Shown piece by piece: positions 46,708 to 59,900 of a stretch of DNA of 64,000 nucleotides. Origin of the DNA: a virus. The notes beneath the pieces were generated by a model. The model made no database searches and had not been told where the DNA came from. It saw only the letters and a list, made by a program, of their open reading frames with translations. Position 1 is the stretch's first letter. Each line of letters begins with the position of its first letter. Location: the IMG/VR virus record IMGVR_UViG_3300021197_001584, positions 1 through 64,000 of that record; one strand, 5' to 3'. The position numbers were made by a program, and so were the translations under genes.

Positions 46708-49700
46708 TTCTTGGGCTTACCTTTTCCTCTTGCAATGTTGATGCCTCGGGCAGCAGCTCGAGTTTTCGAAACTTCAAGAGGATTCTTCTTTTCAACTTTC
46801 TTGATCGTCTTCTGTCCCTTATCGTCATTTTCGATGTTCGCAAACGTTACTTCAGCATCTATTTTAACTAGTTCTACGAGAGAAAAGAAATCGTAAGGCC
46901 AGTTGTAAGTGATCCCCAAATCGTCACCAGTTTGACCTTGAGCGTTCTCAAGTTGTTCAGATGACGTGTCTTTAGTCGTTCCTTTCTTTGCCACGACCTT
47001 GTCGAAGTAATTTGTCTTTGCTCGTTTCTTTGCCTTGAAGATCATCCACTGAATGTTCGACGGGATTCCGTTTCCTTCAGCGTTATCGTCGAGAACACCA
47101 TTCTTAACAACTGATCCGCCACCAAGAAGTTCATGAGCAAGCAACTCATGAGAGATTGTTGCTTCGGCTTCTTCCATTCTTGTTCCGATCTCTGGAGGAA
47201 GGTTTTGCCAAATGTCGGCAAGGTCTTGCTTTGTCAAGTTGTGCTTGAACTCAAAGACGTACATTGCGAATGGATCAATTTCTTTGTATTTTACGAAGTC
47301 CATTGATGGAGGGAACACGTACTTTTGCATCTTCTTGACCATTTGATAAACAGAGTCTCCGGCTTTTGGTGTCTGTCCTGCTGTAAAGTTGCCGGGTGAT
47401 GATTCCAACAAAGATGAATTGATGCAAGAATCGATGTCTTCTCGAGGAATTGAGAAGAATTGTCGAGTTCCATCTTTCTCGATGAACGGAACGGCAACAA
47501 CAGCTTCGGAGATCTGTTTAACATCGGCAACCTCTCCTAGTCGGACTGGGTCTTTTGAGAATCCGACAAGGTCCGCAAGAGACTTGATTTTGCTTCTTGC
47601 AGTGTCTACTGGTATGTTCAGAGCGTTTGTTAGCCAAGATTCCGGAATGTCTGTTATTTGCAAAGAAACGCTTTGATCTTTTCTTGGTAGAAATCCATAT
47701 TGATGCCACATTCCTCTAGCTGCACTCTCAGCTGAATATAGAGGGCTGGACCCTACATAAGGTTTGCGAAGATTAACATAGCTTCCAAAATCCAAAATAG
47801 GAGTTTCAAACTTTGTTTGAATAATCCATCTAGATTTAGAACTTTTTGTTTCAGAGGAGGCTACTTCTACAACTCTCTCATCGACATTGTCTAATTTTAT
47901 CTTCTTAATAGTTCCTTTTGCGAATAAATTTATGCTAGAATCAAGCTGCATAGCATTATAGTTTACCAGCGGCGGAGATTGAGGTGCGATGATGACCTTG
48001 GTCTCCGAGCTGTAAGCATCTGTCGTATAATTAGTGTTGGCCCACGGATCCCTCCATTGGTTGGAGTCAAGAGCAGTCATGTCATCTAGGTTTGGGTCGT
48101 TATTATCAGTACCGCCTTGTTCAACAACGCTGACGTCCAGGTCGACGAATCCAAGTTCCAACAAGTCCTTCCATTTACTGTTAGCATATGATGAAAACTT
48201 TCCGCTTGAGATGTATGGCTCGGCATCTCCGTCATTGGAGCCAGAATATCCAGTCAAATCTCTAAGTATTTCTCCATATCCTGGTTCCCAAAACCTAGTC
48301 ATGTATGGAAACTGGGAGACTTCGTTAAGAATTTCATCTAGGCTATATTTTTTCGTCCTAGTCGCATAAAAAATTAAGTCACACCACGACTCTCCATGAT
48401 AGTAAGGCGGTGTAAAAAGAAAATTGTAGCCGTGGCTTGGGCCTAGTGGAACGCCATTGGTTGATGTTCCGTAAGCATCTGTACCCCAAGCTGGTGGACC
48501 AAATGCTGTTGGTCTCGAGTACATTGTTAGATTTTCATTGCCATTGATTGTTTGTGGCGGATAAGCATCGTTTAAAGTGCCATTGATAGAATCTGTGGTT
48601 CTTGTCATTTTTACTCTAGCCAAGTAGTAATTACCAGAAACAGCATTTCCAAAATTTGGATCGCTGTTCTCAAGAGAGGATAGCGTCTTAAAATTTCCAT
48701 CCATCATAAAGAAATTCGCTGTCTCTGCTAGAAAGTTGTTCATCTTCTTTTTGTAGAGAGAAATATCTCCTCCATTCCACTTTAGCTTCACTTCATTATC
48801 CGATAGCCCAAATGGATGTGTTTCTTGGACGCTCATGAAAACATCTTGCAAATACAATTCTGGTTCCAAAAGAGCTTCGAATGGAATTCGTCGAGAAAAG
48901 AAAGAATTCAACGTTCGAGGATCTGCGCCGATCAACCAACCTTGCAGGTTGGATCCAATGTTGAAAACATTTATTTCATCATAAACGGAACTCGCTCCCG
49001 CTTTACCATCTTGATCTACGTTGATTCGCGATGGATCATCTTCTGGTAGTACAATTGGATAGTCAACTGCAACACCAGATTTGATTGTGTTGAATAAGAT
49101 CCCCGGAGCAAATAGTGGCTCTAAAATTCCTTGTAGGCCGAGCTCTGGAATACCGGTGACACCAGCGTTACCACTGATCTCAACATTTTTCTTGATAGAG
49201 TCGTAAAATTCTTGCGACAAGTCAACGGTTCTTTGAGCAGGGTAAAATCCATCGTAAGGGATGAATTTCTTTAACCCTTTGCACTTTAAGGTGAGGATTT
49301 TTTCTCTAGATAGATCTTTGTGATCACTCTTGACTAAGTCAAAGTGTTTTAAAAAATCGGTTGTAGATAGGATTTGATAGAAATGATCTTGATTTTCCGT
49401 TGTCGAATCTTGACTCAAAGCACCAGATAACTCAAAGATCTCTTCTAGTTCTTCGGTAATTCCTTTGGTCAAATAGCGTTCTACATGGTTACTAATTCTG
49501 AATTCTGGAACTTTTCCGAAGCCTTTGCCTTTTAGCCTTAGTTCTTCAGCAAACTCTCCATAGGAGTCTCTGAATGGTGACTTATCTACACCTTGTTCAT
49601 TCGATGCTATCTTGGCAGCATCCCAAGCAGGGATACCTTGAAATAACGATCCCGTTGGGATATGGGTCATTCCAGCCATTTCGTTGATAGTCATTCCTGT

Positions 49701-50927
49701 TGGTGAAACAACTGAATTAATTCCATTTATTGCATGTCTTCGAGAGTAAAAACATGACGCCGTTAGTGCATTTTTCAAAGCATTTGAGGAAAGAGTGTCG
49801 TAAACTGGTCTAACGTAACCACTTAAGTAACTGTAGTACCCTCTGGAGAATTGAGAATAAGAATTTACCAAAATTCCAGAGCCTCCCTCAGATGGAGGAG
49901 GAGACAAAATGGTGTCTTCACCGGTGTTGTGGGCTCCAATCCTGTAGATAAGTGTTGGGCCGGTGTTACTGATTAGTTCAAAGTTGGAGCCTTCTTCCCC
50001 GCCGATGTAGTACTCATAGACTCTATAATCATAAGATGTATTATACAGGTTATTGTAGGTTGATATTTGATTATTGTAAATTTGATTTTCGGATGGTTCT
50101 TGCCTAGTGGTCCAATCCGACGCAACATCGAGAGGCCACATGGATTGAGAAGGAACTATTCCTGCAAATCCTGTATCGACATTTGTTTGGGTTCTATCTA
50201 ACCTGTCTGCTCTCCAGAAAGTATTAACATAGTATTTTCTAATTCTTGTTTCGTCAAGGTAAGCGTATTGTTGTTTAGGGTAGATAGACTGTCGGTAAAC
50301 GAACATGTTAAAAGAATCGATTGGTGAACCTTCGTCTTCAAGTCCACCGTCAAGATAGAGGTCTTTTAGTTGCTCGTAGTTCTCATCTGTCTCTGCAATT
50401 GTTTCGAAGTAATCGTTGATCTTGGAGTTTGCAAAGAATGCAGTTTCATTTCCAAACGATGTCTTAAGTTCGACGGATCGGTTTTGGAACTCGTTGGTTT
50501 TATTGTTGTAAACCTTCATTTCTCCAACAAGAGACACTGGCTTATACGAGTCAACTACAACTGGTTCGATAAACGATCTTGTGTTTCCAAATCTTCCGTC
50601 GTGCTCTTCTACGTATGTGAAAATGTTTGATTTTCTTTGGTATCTCGTTAAGTGATTTTCACCAGCTCGAATTTGCTTCCATGTCGGGTACCCATAAGGG
50701 CCGTTGCGATGAAGGTTGAGTAAAATCATCGTAGATCTAGGATTGTGTCTAGTTAATGATGTTATGTTTGAATTCGACTCGTTGCCTTCAATATAGCCGA
50801 TTGTGCCATGCAGGTCGTATCCGATGTAATTACCTTCAATTCCATCTGAATTCATTGTTCCTGCGTCATTAGCAGTCGGGTCATAAATGCCAGAGTTCAA
50901 TCCGACAAAATCTTTAAAAGTTGACAT
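46704..50927 (-). CDS. Large baseplate/tail structural protein
   Basis: 1407-aa ORF in the tail block; late-motif variant upstream. Confidence 0.6.
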   Translation of the reverse strand: MSTFKDFVGLNSGIYDPTANDAGTMNSDGIEGNYIGYDLHGTIGYIEGNESNSNITSLTRHNPRSTMILLNLHRNGPYGYPTWKQIRAGENHLTRYQRKSNIFTYVEEHDGRFGNTRSFIEPVVVDSYKPVSLVGEMKVYNNKTNEFQNRSVELKTSFGNETAFFANSKINDYFETIAETDENYEQLKDLYLDGGLEDEGSPIDSFNMFVYRQSIYPKQQYAYLDETRIRKYYVNTFWRADRLDRTQTNVDTGFAGIVPSQSMWPLDVASDWTTRQEPSENQIYNNQISTYNNLYNTSYDYRVYEYYIGGEEGSNFELISNTGPTLIYRIGAHNTGEDTILSPPPSEGGSGILVNSYSQFSRGYYSYLSGYVRPVYDTLSSNALKNALTASCFYSRRHAINGINSVVSPTGMTINEMAGMTHIPTGSLFQGIPAWDAAKIASNEQGVDKSPFRDSYGEFAEELRLKGKGFGKVPEFRISNHVERYLTKGITEELEEIFELSGALSQDSTTENQDHFYQILSTTDFLKHFDLVKSDHKDLSREKILTLKCKGLKKFIPYDGFYPAQRTVDLSQEFYDSIKKNVEISGNAGVTGIPELGLQGILEPLFAPGILFNTIKSGVAVDYPIVLPEDDPSRINVDQDGKAGASSVYDEINVFNIGSNLQGWLIGADPRTLNSFFSRRIPFEALLEPELYLQDVFMSVQETHPFGLSDNEVKLKWNGGDISLYKKKMNNFLAETANFFMMDGNFKTLSSLENSDPNFGNAVSGNYYLARVKMTRTTDSINGTLNDAYPPQTINGNENLTMYSRPTAFGPPAWGTDAYGTSTNGVPLGPSHGYNFLFTPPYYHGESWCDLIFYATRTKKYSLDEILNEVSQFPYMTRFWEPGYGEILRDLTGYSGSNDGDAEPYISSGKFSSYANSKWKDLLELGFVDLDVSVVEQGGTDNNDPNLDDMTALDSNQWRDPWANTNYTTDAYSSETKVIIAPQSPPLVNYNAMQLDSSINLFAKGTIKKIKLDNVDERVVEVASSETKSSKSRWIIQTKFETPILDFGSYVNLRKPYVGSSPLYSAESAARGMWHQYGFLPRKDQSVSLQITDIPESWLTNALNIPVDTARSKIKSLADLVGFSKDPVRLGEVADVKQISEAVVAVPFIEKDGTRQFFSIPREDIDSCINSSLLESSPGNFTAGQTPKAGDSVYQMVKKMQKYVFPPSMDFVKYKEIDPFAMYVFEFKHNLTKQDLADIWQNLPPEIGTRMEEAEATISHELLAHELLGGGSVVKNGVLDDNAEGNGIPSNIQWMIFKAKKRAKTNYFDKVVAKKGTTKDTSSEQLENAQGQTGDDLGITYNWPYDFFSLVELVKIDAEVTFANIENDDKGQKTIKKVEKKNPLEVSKTRAAARGINIARGKGKPKK

Positions 50928-50978
50928 TTGCTATCCTTTTTTCCTATAATTAGTTTCTTATTTCGAAACTTTTGTAAA

Positions 50979-53900
50979 TTATGGTGGGCTAACTTGGACC
51001 AGTGCTGCATCTTGAATAGTTAGTGTTATCTCATCAGTGTATGGGTTTCCGGCACTATCTGTGCATTGTTCAACAATAACTCGGAAAGAAACGCTGTCAC
51101 CAGCAGAATATTCAACATTAGGTCTAGAATTTGTCGGGTCTATGCCATCGTCTTCCACGACGCCGTCCTCATCGGTGGTGTATAACTGATAAGTTGCCGA
51201 TGAAGCACAAGGCATGTTGGTGGCAACTGATGAGAATGTGAGATCATTATTCGCTTGAGTCTCAGTTATTAAGTTTGCAGAATTTATTGGCGTTGAAGAT
51301 GAAGGATCTTTAAGAGTTATAGTTTGCGTTACACCGCCGTTGACTCTTGAACCATCACTGGTAATTGTCCTTGTTGCCCAACCTGATGTTCCATAATTCG
51401 GATATGAAACAGTTGATTCCAAAAGGGTGTTGTCGAGCGTAGCATTTTCGAAGATAATAGTAGAATCATCTTCAACGATAAGTCCAGTCCCAGTTGATCT
51501 AGATGTCAGAGTAAGGATTACTTGATCACTAGAGTTTGATGAATAGTAAATCTGACTAAACGAAGATGGAACAGTTGCTTGTGGTCCAAATGTCTGACTT
51601 AAATTGAGTGTGGCATCACTCTCAGACAGTTCAAACTCTAGCGATCCATCGATGTTATCTGCTAAGTGAGAAGATGCCACATAACCAAATGTTGTTAAGT
51701 TTGCTTCCGCTTCAGAAACTTGATTTGCTCCCGGCGAAGAGCTTCCCGGAACCACCGTTGTTGTTTTAGACTCCGCTGTTGATGTTGCTCGACCACCTGA
51801 ACCATCATCGTCATAGAAAGTTACGTTACTAACTAATGTCGGCGCGGTCGTTGTTGCATTTGAAAATGAGTTTGAAATTGTGTCTTCAAAATAGCCACTA
51901 CACATGTAAACCGTAGAATCGACCTGTGTAAAGACACCTGATGAATAATAAAGCGTGGGGAGCAGGTTGTTCCAAGGAGGAGCGGTGCTATCATTGCCTA
52001 TAAAGACAGAGTCCACCTCAAGTCCCTGATAGGCATCAGCACATTGAATGTTTTGAGAAGAGAATGAGTGATAAGACTGGTTTGCTTCTGCAATTGTGAC
52101 CTCAAATGCTCCCGGTGTGGAGGAGAACGGAACCAACTCGATGATGTCATTTGGTGTTCTCGTGACAACAGTTGTTGCACCACCGGGCGTTGTTCTTTGC
52201 AAATAATTGATTTCAGACTCTAGAGTCGGTTCGCCAGTGCTAACATTTACCAGTGTTACTTCTTGATCTTCAATGTATCCAGATCTTTTTGTGGCATAAT
52301 CAAAAATGGCACTATTGTCTGGATTGAAATAAAGAGTCGGCAATGACACTGATGACTCGAAGCTTCTTGGTTGACCATTTTCAACTAGGCTTTGTAAAGC
52401 CGACACAGTACTGCAACCAAGGTTATTAAAGGAAAATTGCAATGTTCCAATTTCTGAGAAATCCAAAATAGTTTGGCTTGTTGTTGAGTTTTCTTGAATG
52501 AACAGTGAAAAGTCTTCGTCGTCTGTAAACTGACCTGTACTGCCCCAAGTTACAAAGGGATCGGCAATCGGATCCTGTGTGCAATCGTCGAGTTCTACCC
52601 CAAGACCATTAAACTTTATTGCTTCTTCATAACCATTGGTGGTCCCAATCAGTCCGTTCTTTGGAGCAGTGTTGATAATGTCTTGTTGTGGTGCATCATC
52701 GCCATTCAATGCATTGTGAATCCAAGAGTATTGAAAGTCGGTAGCAGGCATCGGTCGATGAAAATGATCATTGTCTCTTCTTTCGTAAATACCGACAGTA
52801 GGGACTCCACTATCACTAAATTGCTCAGATGGGAATCTTGAAGTGTTTCGGTGTTGTTTGTGAAACGAGGGTTCTTCGTTATAAGTAATTTCTTCATTTG
52901 GATAATTTACAATCGGCGTGGCATGTTGAGGATCTAGTCCAAATTTAGCCGAATGTCTTGATCTTAAAGTTCTTAGGCCCTCTCTGTGGTTTGCATGGGA
53001 CACGACTCTAATTTCGCCATCTTCACCGGAACCATTTAAGCGAACAGAGAGGTTTCTAAAATTCAAAGAGTTGTGAACAGAATATTGTTGAGTCGCAATG
53101 TCGAGATAACCAGACGAATTAATCTCGGGCCCGCCGGGTGCAGAAAATCTTGTGCGGATTACGTTGGCCGACCCTGTTGAGCGGTCTTGTCTATCTATGA
53201 TGTTTGTAATGCCGGGAACAAAATAAGAAGGGACGGAGGCAACATAGTCAACACCATCAATTGAATTGGATGGGTTGATAAAGGAATTATTTGCGCCCAA
53301 TAGAGCTATGTCGAAGTTGCCATAAATCCCATTGTTGAGAGGAACGATTGTGAATTGTGCCTCAGAATCATTTTCAGCGGGAGCAAAATCTACGCCACCG
53401 GTTGAGTCTTGGGGATTCGAAAATGAATTACCAGTTCCTATCGCAACATTGAAATTTCCAAAAGAACCATTACTATTTGGAGTTATTGTGAATTCGGCTT
53501 CAGAGCTATAAACTGCAGAGATAGGATCAGCACCATTTATTGAGTCACTTATCTCGTTGTTTGCAGATGGAAATGACGAGTAATTTGGATCCACGCTTAT
53601 CGCGAAGTTCCCGTAAGTTCCATCGTTGATTGGCACAATTGAGAACTCTGCGTGGTAAACTATCGTACCAGCAGACGTGGGTGGTCCTGAGAAGGATGTT
53701 GATATTCTGTCGCTAGAGTTATCATAAACAGTGAGGTTTTCGCTGTTTGCTACCTTGTTGTGAATGGTGTCGCCGTTGGTGAAACCATCATTTGTTTCAG
53801 AAAATGTATAGAAAGCTTTTGCGTTAGCATATGTTGTTAAGTTGCTTAGGTTACTATAATCAAGCTGGTTGCCGTTATTGTAAATTTCATCGATTAAGTT

Positions 53901-56900
53901 TTGATTGCCACCGAAATAAGCATCAAAAATCATGAATTCATCTAAAATCGTTGTCTCGTTGGGCTGAGAAATTCCACGTGTGTTGGAGAGGGATGTGGTG
54001 TAAGTTCCAATATAGAACTTGTAGATCTCTGGTGATAAATGCGGAAAATTAGGATCTGCTTCGGCATAATAATCTTCGGGAACGCCGCCGTTTAGATTTT
54101 GATCAACGTAGGCATCCCAATTCTGGTATACTCCATTTATATATAGTTTTGTCTGGGTGTTCCTTGAAATTATGTTACCGTTGATGTCATAGGTAGAGTG
54201 ATTCATAGTCCCTTCAGTTGTTATCAAGACGTGTGTTAAATGTCCGCCATATTGGCCCAAAAAGTTATGAAAATCGTGTCTGAAGATTGTGAGTTGTCCT
54301 CCATCCCGTCGGTATCCTATGCTAAAACTTAAAGTCCATCCATTATTTGTTGAATAGGTGAGATTTAACAGCTTAGATGCAGTGTTTATCTGTTGAGTTC
54401 CAGTTGTCCAAAATTCACTATAAATGGTCATTACGCTATTAGTGTTTAAGGCGGGGACAGGTGCATTGATATAGAAGGACATAGTGAATGGCTGTGATGT
54501 TGCTCCCGGTGCTGTTGGCGACCACGATGGCTTTCCAACGAATTCAAGTCCAATGTCTGCATCAGCACCGGTTATTGTCAATGCTTGACCTGCTGAGCCA
54601 GGCGGCTGGCCGCCATTGTCTCCCTCTGTGAAAGTAACGGTAAAGTCATTAACAGGAAAGTTGGCTACCAATAAAGTCTTTAAACTATTAAAGAAATCTG
54701 TGTTTGAGGCCGGTGTGGGAGTCGTCAATAACGTTTGTCCACCTTGAACTGATGTGTCTATTTCATAGTCTATTGAGTCAATGGTTATAAATTCACCAGA
54801 TACAACATCGTCAAAACCTAAGATCTTAAAAGTACCACCCGAGGCTGTCTGGCCAGGCTGGGGTGATTGTATCTGCGTGAGAGTTTCGTTATATGCAATT
54901 GTAAAGTCATTTGAAAAGTTGTTTACCAATAGAGATTGGATGTTGTTATAGAAGCCTATATTCGTAGAGGGTACTGCAATTGTTTGTCCACTTTGAGAGT
55001 TGGTGCCTATTTCATAGTCTACCAAGTCGATAGTTATAAAGTCTCCTGATGCAATGTCATCAACACCCAGTACTCTAAAGGATCCGCCACTCGCGGGTTC
55101 AGATGCGACCTCTGCAAGTGTCTCTGTCAAAAATTCAACATAGTTGACCGTAAAAGTGTTGATTGGGAAGTTTACTTCTAATGCTGATTTTAATCCATTG
55201 TAAAATGCAACATTTGTAGACTCCAGAGGAAATGCAACATCACCTTGTATAGATGTTTCTATTTCGTAAATAATAGAATCGATAGTTATGTATTGACCTT
55301 GTGCGACCCGATCAATGTCTAGGATAGTGAATCCACCACCAGTTGCGGTTTGACCAGCGACACCTTGAACTGCTGGAACAGTATAGCCAGTGTCATTATA
55401 TCTATTGTTTGGCCCTGCAAACAGGTTTCCAACGGTAGTCACGAACTGGCTTGCTAGGGTGTAATAATTCGTCGTCTCGGGCAAAGCGCTTTCAATAATG
55501 TCAGGCAACAGATCACCGGCTCTTCTCAAGAAGTAACCTTGATCTCCAAATGTCGACATGGCTTCGTAGTTTCGAATGAAGTTGCCATAGTTACCTTCTT
55601 GATGCCAATCTCCATTTTCGTCCTGATATAGGTTAGTTTGAATGTTTTTGATATTTACGGGTCGCTTTGCTCTCTCTTCTCGATAAAGAGTTGCTTTTTG
55701 TTGATCAGAATCAAGACTTCCCACAGAGTAGTCTGGGGTTGTGAAACCAATTGCCCCATCGCCAACTCCAGACCCCTCTTGTGTTTCGGTTGCATCAAGT
55801 TCGGCAATGTAAATGTTCCACGATTCTGGTCTATCTGCTATGTTTGGGATGTTCCCAACAGTTTCGTCAAAGCCTTCCATGTAGTGAACGTGTCGTGACT
55901 GACGACCTCCAATGTGAGTGTGAGTAAATGGGCCTTGAATTGAGATTTCATTCGTGATGTCTGTAGTATCTGAGTGGAGGTTGACCAAGTCGAACCCCTC
56001 GCCAAAACCGCCATCGGCGGCAGGACTGTTTATTAAAGCAGAATAACCAGTGTTAACGCTTGATGAAACAATGTTTCCGGGAATGATTTTTGAAATCTTT
56101 TGTCGATATGCATATTGATCATCGTCACTCTTTGGCTCTTGCGACGATAGAATTGCATGTCGACCAAGCACAGCGAATCCGTCATATTTGTATTTTCTCA
56201 ATTCTTCAGGTCTATGTTCATCTATGCATGCAGGCTTGGGATTTGTTCCTGTTCCATCACCCGCGCCGATGATGACAACATTCTCGGGTGTTCCTGCGGT
56301 GGATGCATTACCCACAGCTATCTGAGATGTAATCATGTCTCGATCTTTGTTTGCCGAGTAGTTGATTCCTCCATGAATTGAGTTGCTGAATCCGATATCT
56401 AATGCGTAAGGTTTCGAGAATCTACGTGCAGCGTAAGACCCAGAGATCAATTGAGTTGAGCCAGAAAGAACAACAGGGTTTGTGAACTCTTGGTCGTTTT
56501 GTCTCACAAGAACTTGACGAATCGCCTCTTCTTCGACAACACTATTCTCTTTACGTTCTTTTTGCCATAAGCAGTTTTCGTTTTCGTCTCCGGACAATGG
56601 TGCATGTCCAACTCTCCAGTTGTACTTCAACTCTTGAACACCACGAATTGATGCCTCAGTTGAAGTGATAGTGTTGAGAAGTCCAACTTGACGTTGATAT
56701 TTGTCTCTCTCAAGGAGATGAGGTTCGATGACGTCAACGATCCCACCAGCAAAGTTTGCTGACATTGGAACCAATTGATTGACCATTGAGGAGATGCTTG
56801 AATCGATCCATTTGAAGTACTCGAAGAATTTGTCGAAATCCATGTCGCTCTCGACCTTATCAAAGAACAGCTGTCTTGCTTTTGCTAAGTCTTTGTATTC

Positions 56901-59900
56901 TAAGCGGAATCTCTCAACAGGGCGACCAACTAGGTTGGCGAACTCTAATGTTGTCGAGAACGACTTCAGCATTTCTTCAGAGATCAAAGCAGATGGAGAC
57001 TTCTCCATTATGAAAAGGTTGTCACTGACATCATCGTCATTTGAGAAGTTTATTTCTTGATCACCCTTGATGTAGATGTTTTGAGCGTCATAGGCGCTCT
57101 CTGGCAACTGTTTCTTGTAAGCTTGGATGAACTCATAGCCAACGACCGAAGTGTCGTCAAGAGGGAAATTTGAGCCCTTAGCTTTGTGTTCTCGACGAAT
57201 CAGATCGTCAATCCATCCATAGACTGTGTCGGAGTGTCCACCAGTGGTATCTTCAACTTCAAACTCTCCAATTGAATCAGATGTTGAAACTGTGTCAAAA
57301 TCCCAATTGAGAATTGTCAAGTCCTGTGATGGGATTTGAACGTCATCGATCAAATAAAGGTTTGACCCGTCAATAGAAGAGCTTTGTCCATAATTCAAGA
57401 CATCTTTATTGTGGTTTAAGATTTCGTTGTTCTCGACATAGTCCAGCCATGCTCGCACACCGCCAACTTGGATATCTGTTTCTTGCAGAACTGTTCCTGT
57501 GAAGTCTTGAGCGTGAGCTCCGACATAGACTCTCTTGGATGCATTCATTAGTGCCAATCCATCTGAGTTTGAAACAGTTGTTGACAATAGAACTTCGTTT
57601 TCGATCTCGCCAAAGTTGGTTGTTACGGCATAAAGCTCGATGTCATAGTCTGGGGTCGTATTTGTGACACCACCAGCATATGGATAAGTCTGTGGTTTAA
57701 TTCGCAAAGCAACATTATAATGCTCATTCTCGTAAATGTCGTAAATGTAGTCAGATTCTTCTTCGATATTTCCCGCAATGTCTCGCATTACAAACTTGGC
57801 ATGTCGCGAATTTAAAGAGTCTCGAACAAGATAGACAGACAGATTTTGAGTTCCCCACGTTAAATCAGCAGGGTCGGTTTGTGCTTCGTGGAATCCCATG
57901 ACAGAAGAAGATAGGAATGGAGTGGCGAAATAGCCTCTCTCGTCAATTTCTTTCTTGTAGGGCACCACTATGTCCGCTTCAAGCGTAAAAGCGTTTCTAG
58001 AGGCATCTACGGCGCTTGAAATGAATGATCTGCTGCTTGTTGACGTTATTGATTGAAAAATGCTTGCATCAAAGCTCTCTGGGTGATTAAAATTGACATA
58101 TTTCTTCTTAACAGATGTTGGTCGAGATTTATCGGTGAAGTACTGAACTCCTCCGTCTGTGTAAAGATTGAGTCGAATGAGTTCGTCGTCGATACCATAG
58201 CACCTGATAAGATTGCGAATGGAACTTTCTGTTCCTTTCGTCTTATAGATCTTCTCGAGGTTGTTGTAAATGTTTGTGTAGATGATGTTCTTGATTTCAT
58301 GAAGCTCGGTCTCGAATTGAGCATCTTGAAGGTTTACAGATGCTAGTTTCTCATAGACCTCATTGCTTTCGAACATGTTCGAGATCATAAATCCTTTATC
58401 TTTCAAAAGATCAGCAGCCATTGTCGAGGTCTTCACGCCTTCCATTGGATAGCGCTTTGTCTTCAGTTCGGTCAACTCTTTGATCTGGACGTGAAGCGTG
58501 TCCATGTAAGAACCAAGAATCTGAGCGAATAAACGAAGATTGCCGTTGTCCTCTTCTTGAAGCCATGTTGGCATTGATCTAAAGAATGATTGACCACGGT
58601 CTGCGTCGTAAGAGAGACCTTTGGTTTTCATTTCCGAGATCAAGCTTTTGACATCGGAGTGTTCTTTGTAGATGATCGGTGTTGGAGTTTCGGTGTAACC
58701 CATTGATTCCATTGCACTATCTGTTGAGCGAGCATTCGTTGTGCTTTCGTAGCCGACCCATACGCCATTTGCTAAACGTCCGGAATAGTCGAGCACAACA
58801 GAGTCTGCCGCGTTTGTTCCGACGATACCTTCGTTGAATTTAAGATAGACTCCAAGGTCCGATGTTGCATCGTCAGTGTTGGCTCCACCACCGATGGCGT
58901 TAAACCAGTTAAGCTTAATTTGTCGAGAAGTGCGGTTGGTTTTCCAAAAACGGAATTCATCCATCTGAGCGGACAATTTACCATAACCCAGTCCGCCATC
59001 ACCATTGTCGTCTTGTGTCTGTAGTGCTCCAATGAAGCCATCCATCTTTCCAACAAAGCTGGTGATCGATGTTGACATTGTAAAAGTCTCAAATTCATTC
59101 CCGTTAACATAAACGGTGATCTCAATACCAGAAGAGACCCTAATGAAAGAGAGGGCGTAGTGCTTCCAAGTTGTAAAGTCAATCGAAGTAGAAGTTATTT
59201 GAAATACTTGATCTCCTATGGTTACAACGAAATCTCCCGTTGTCGCTGTAGCTGCATCGAGAGAAATTGTAAATCTACCATAATCACTCAAGGGCAACAA
59301 AGGATTCCCATTCCAGAGATCCAAAACAACTTCTCTTGGCTCGGTGGCTGGATTGAATTGATCTTTCTTTAGCCAGAATTCAACTGTCACACCTTTCTCA
59401 AAATCACAGTTCCAGTTTTGATTGCGATTCTTGTCATTGTCATATTTCGCAGAAGATGCAAAATGATCATTAAGGTTCTTGGCGGAAGAGTCAGTGTGCA
59501 ATCCGCCCCAAATCTTAATGTATTCATTCACGCTTGTTGGAGCCCATGGTCCGCTTGGGGCACCACTAATGGCAGCAGTTGTTCCAAGTTGCACATGTCC
59601 AGTTGTCTTTGGATACTTGGTCTCGAACATCCACCGCTCTAAAGCAGAGGCTTTTTCTTCAAAGGCAATCTGTTCGGACTTCGAACCATCATAAGGATAG
59701 TCTTCGTAAATTCGACGAATAGCGGCGTCATAGTAAAGCTCAGCAGAGCCGTAGTAGACAAAGTTCTCGGGGTCGGAGAAGTCAATTTGAGGATGATAGA
59801 CTTGGTCTGCTTTAGTCTTTTCTTCTACAAATGCGACACTCTCGACATCTTGGACGGTCTCTTCAAGGTTTGGGGAAGTTTTACCAAATAAATCTTTAAT

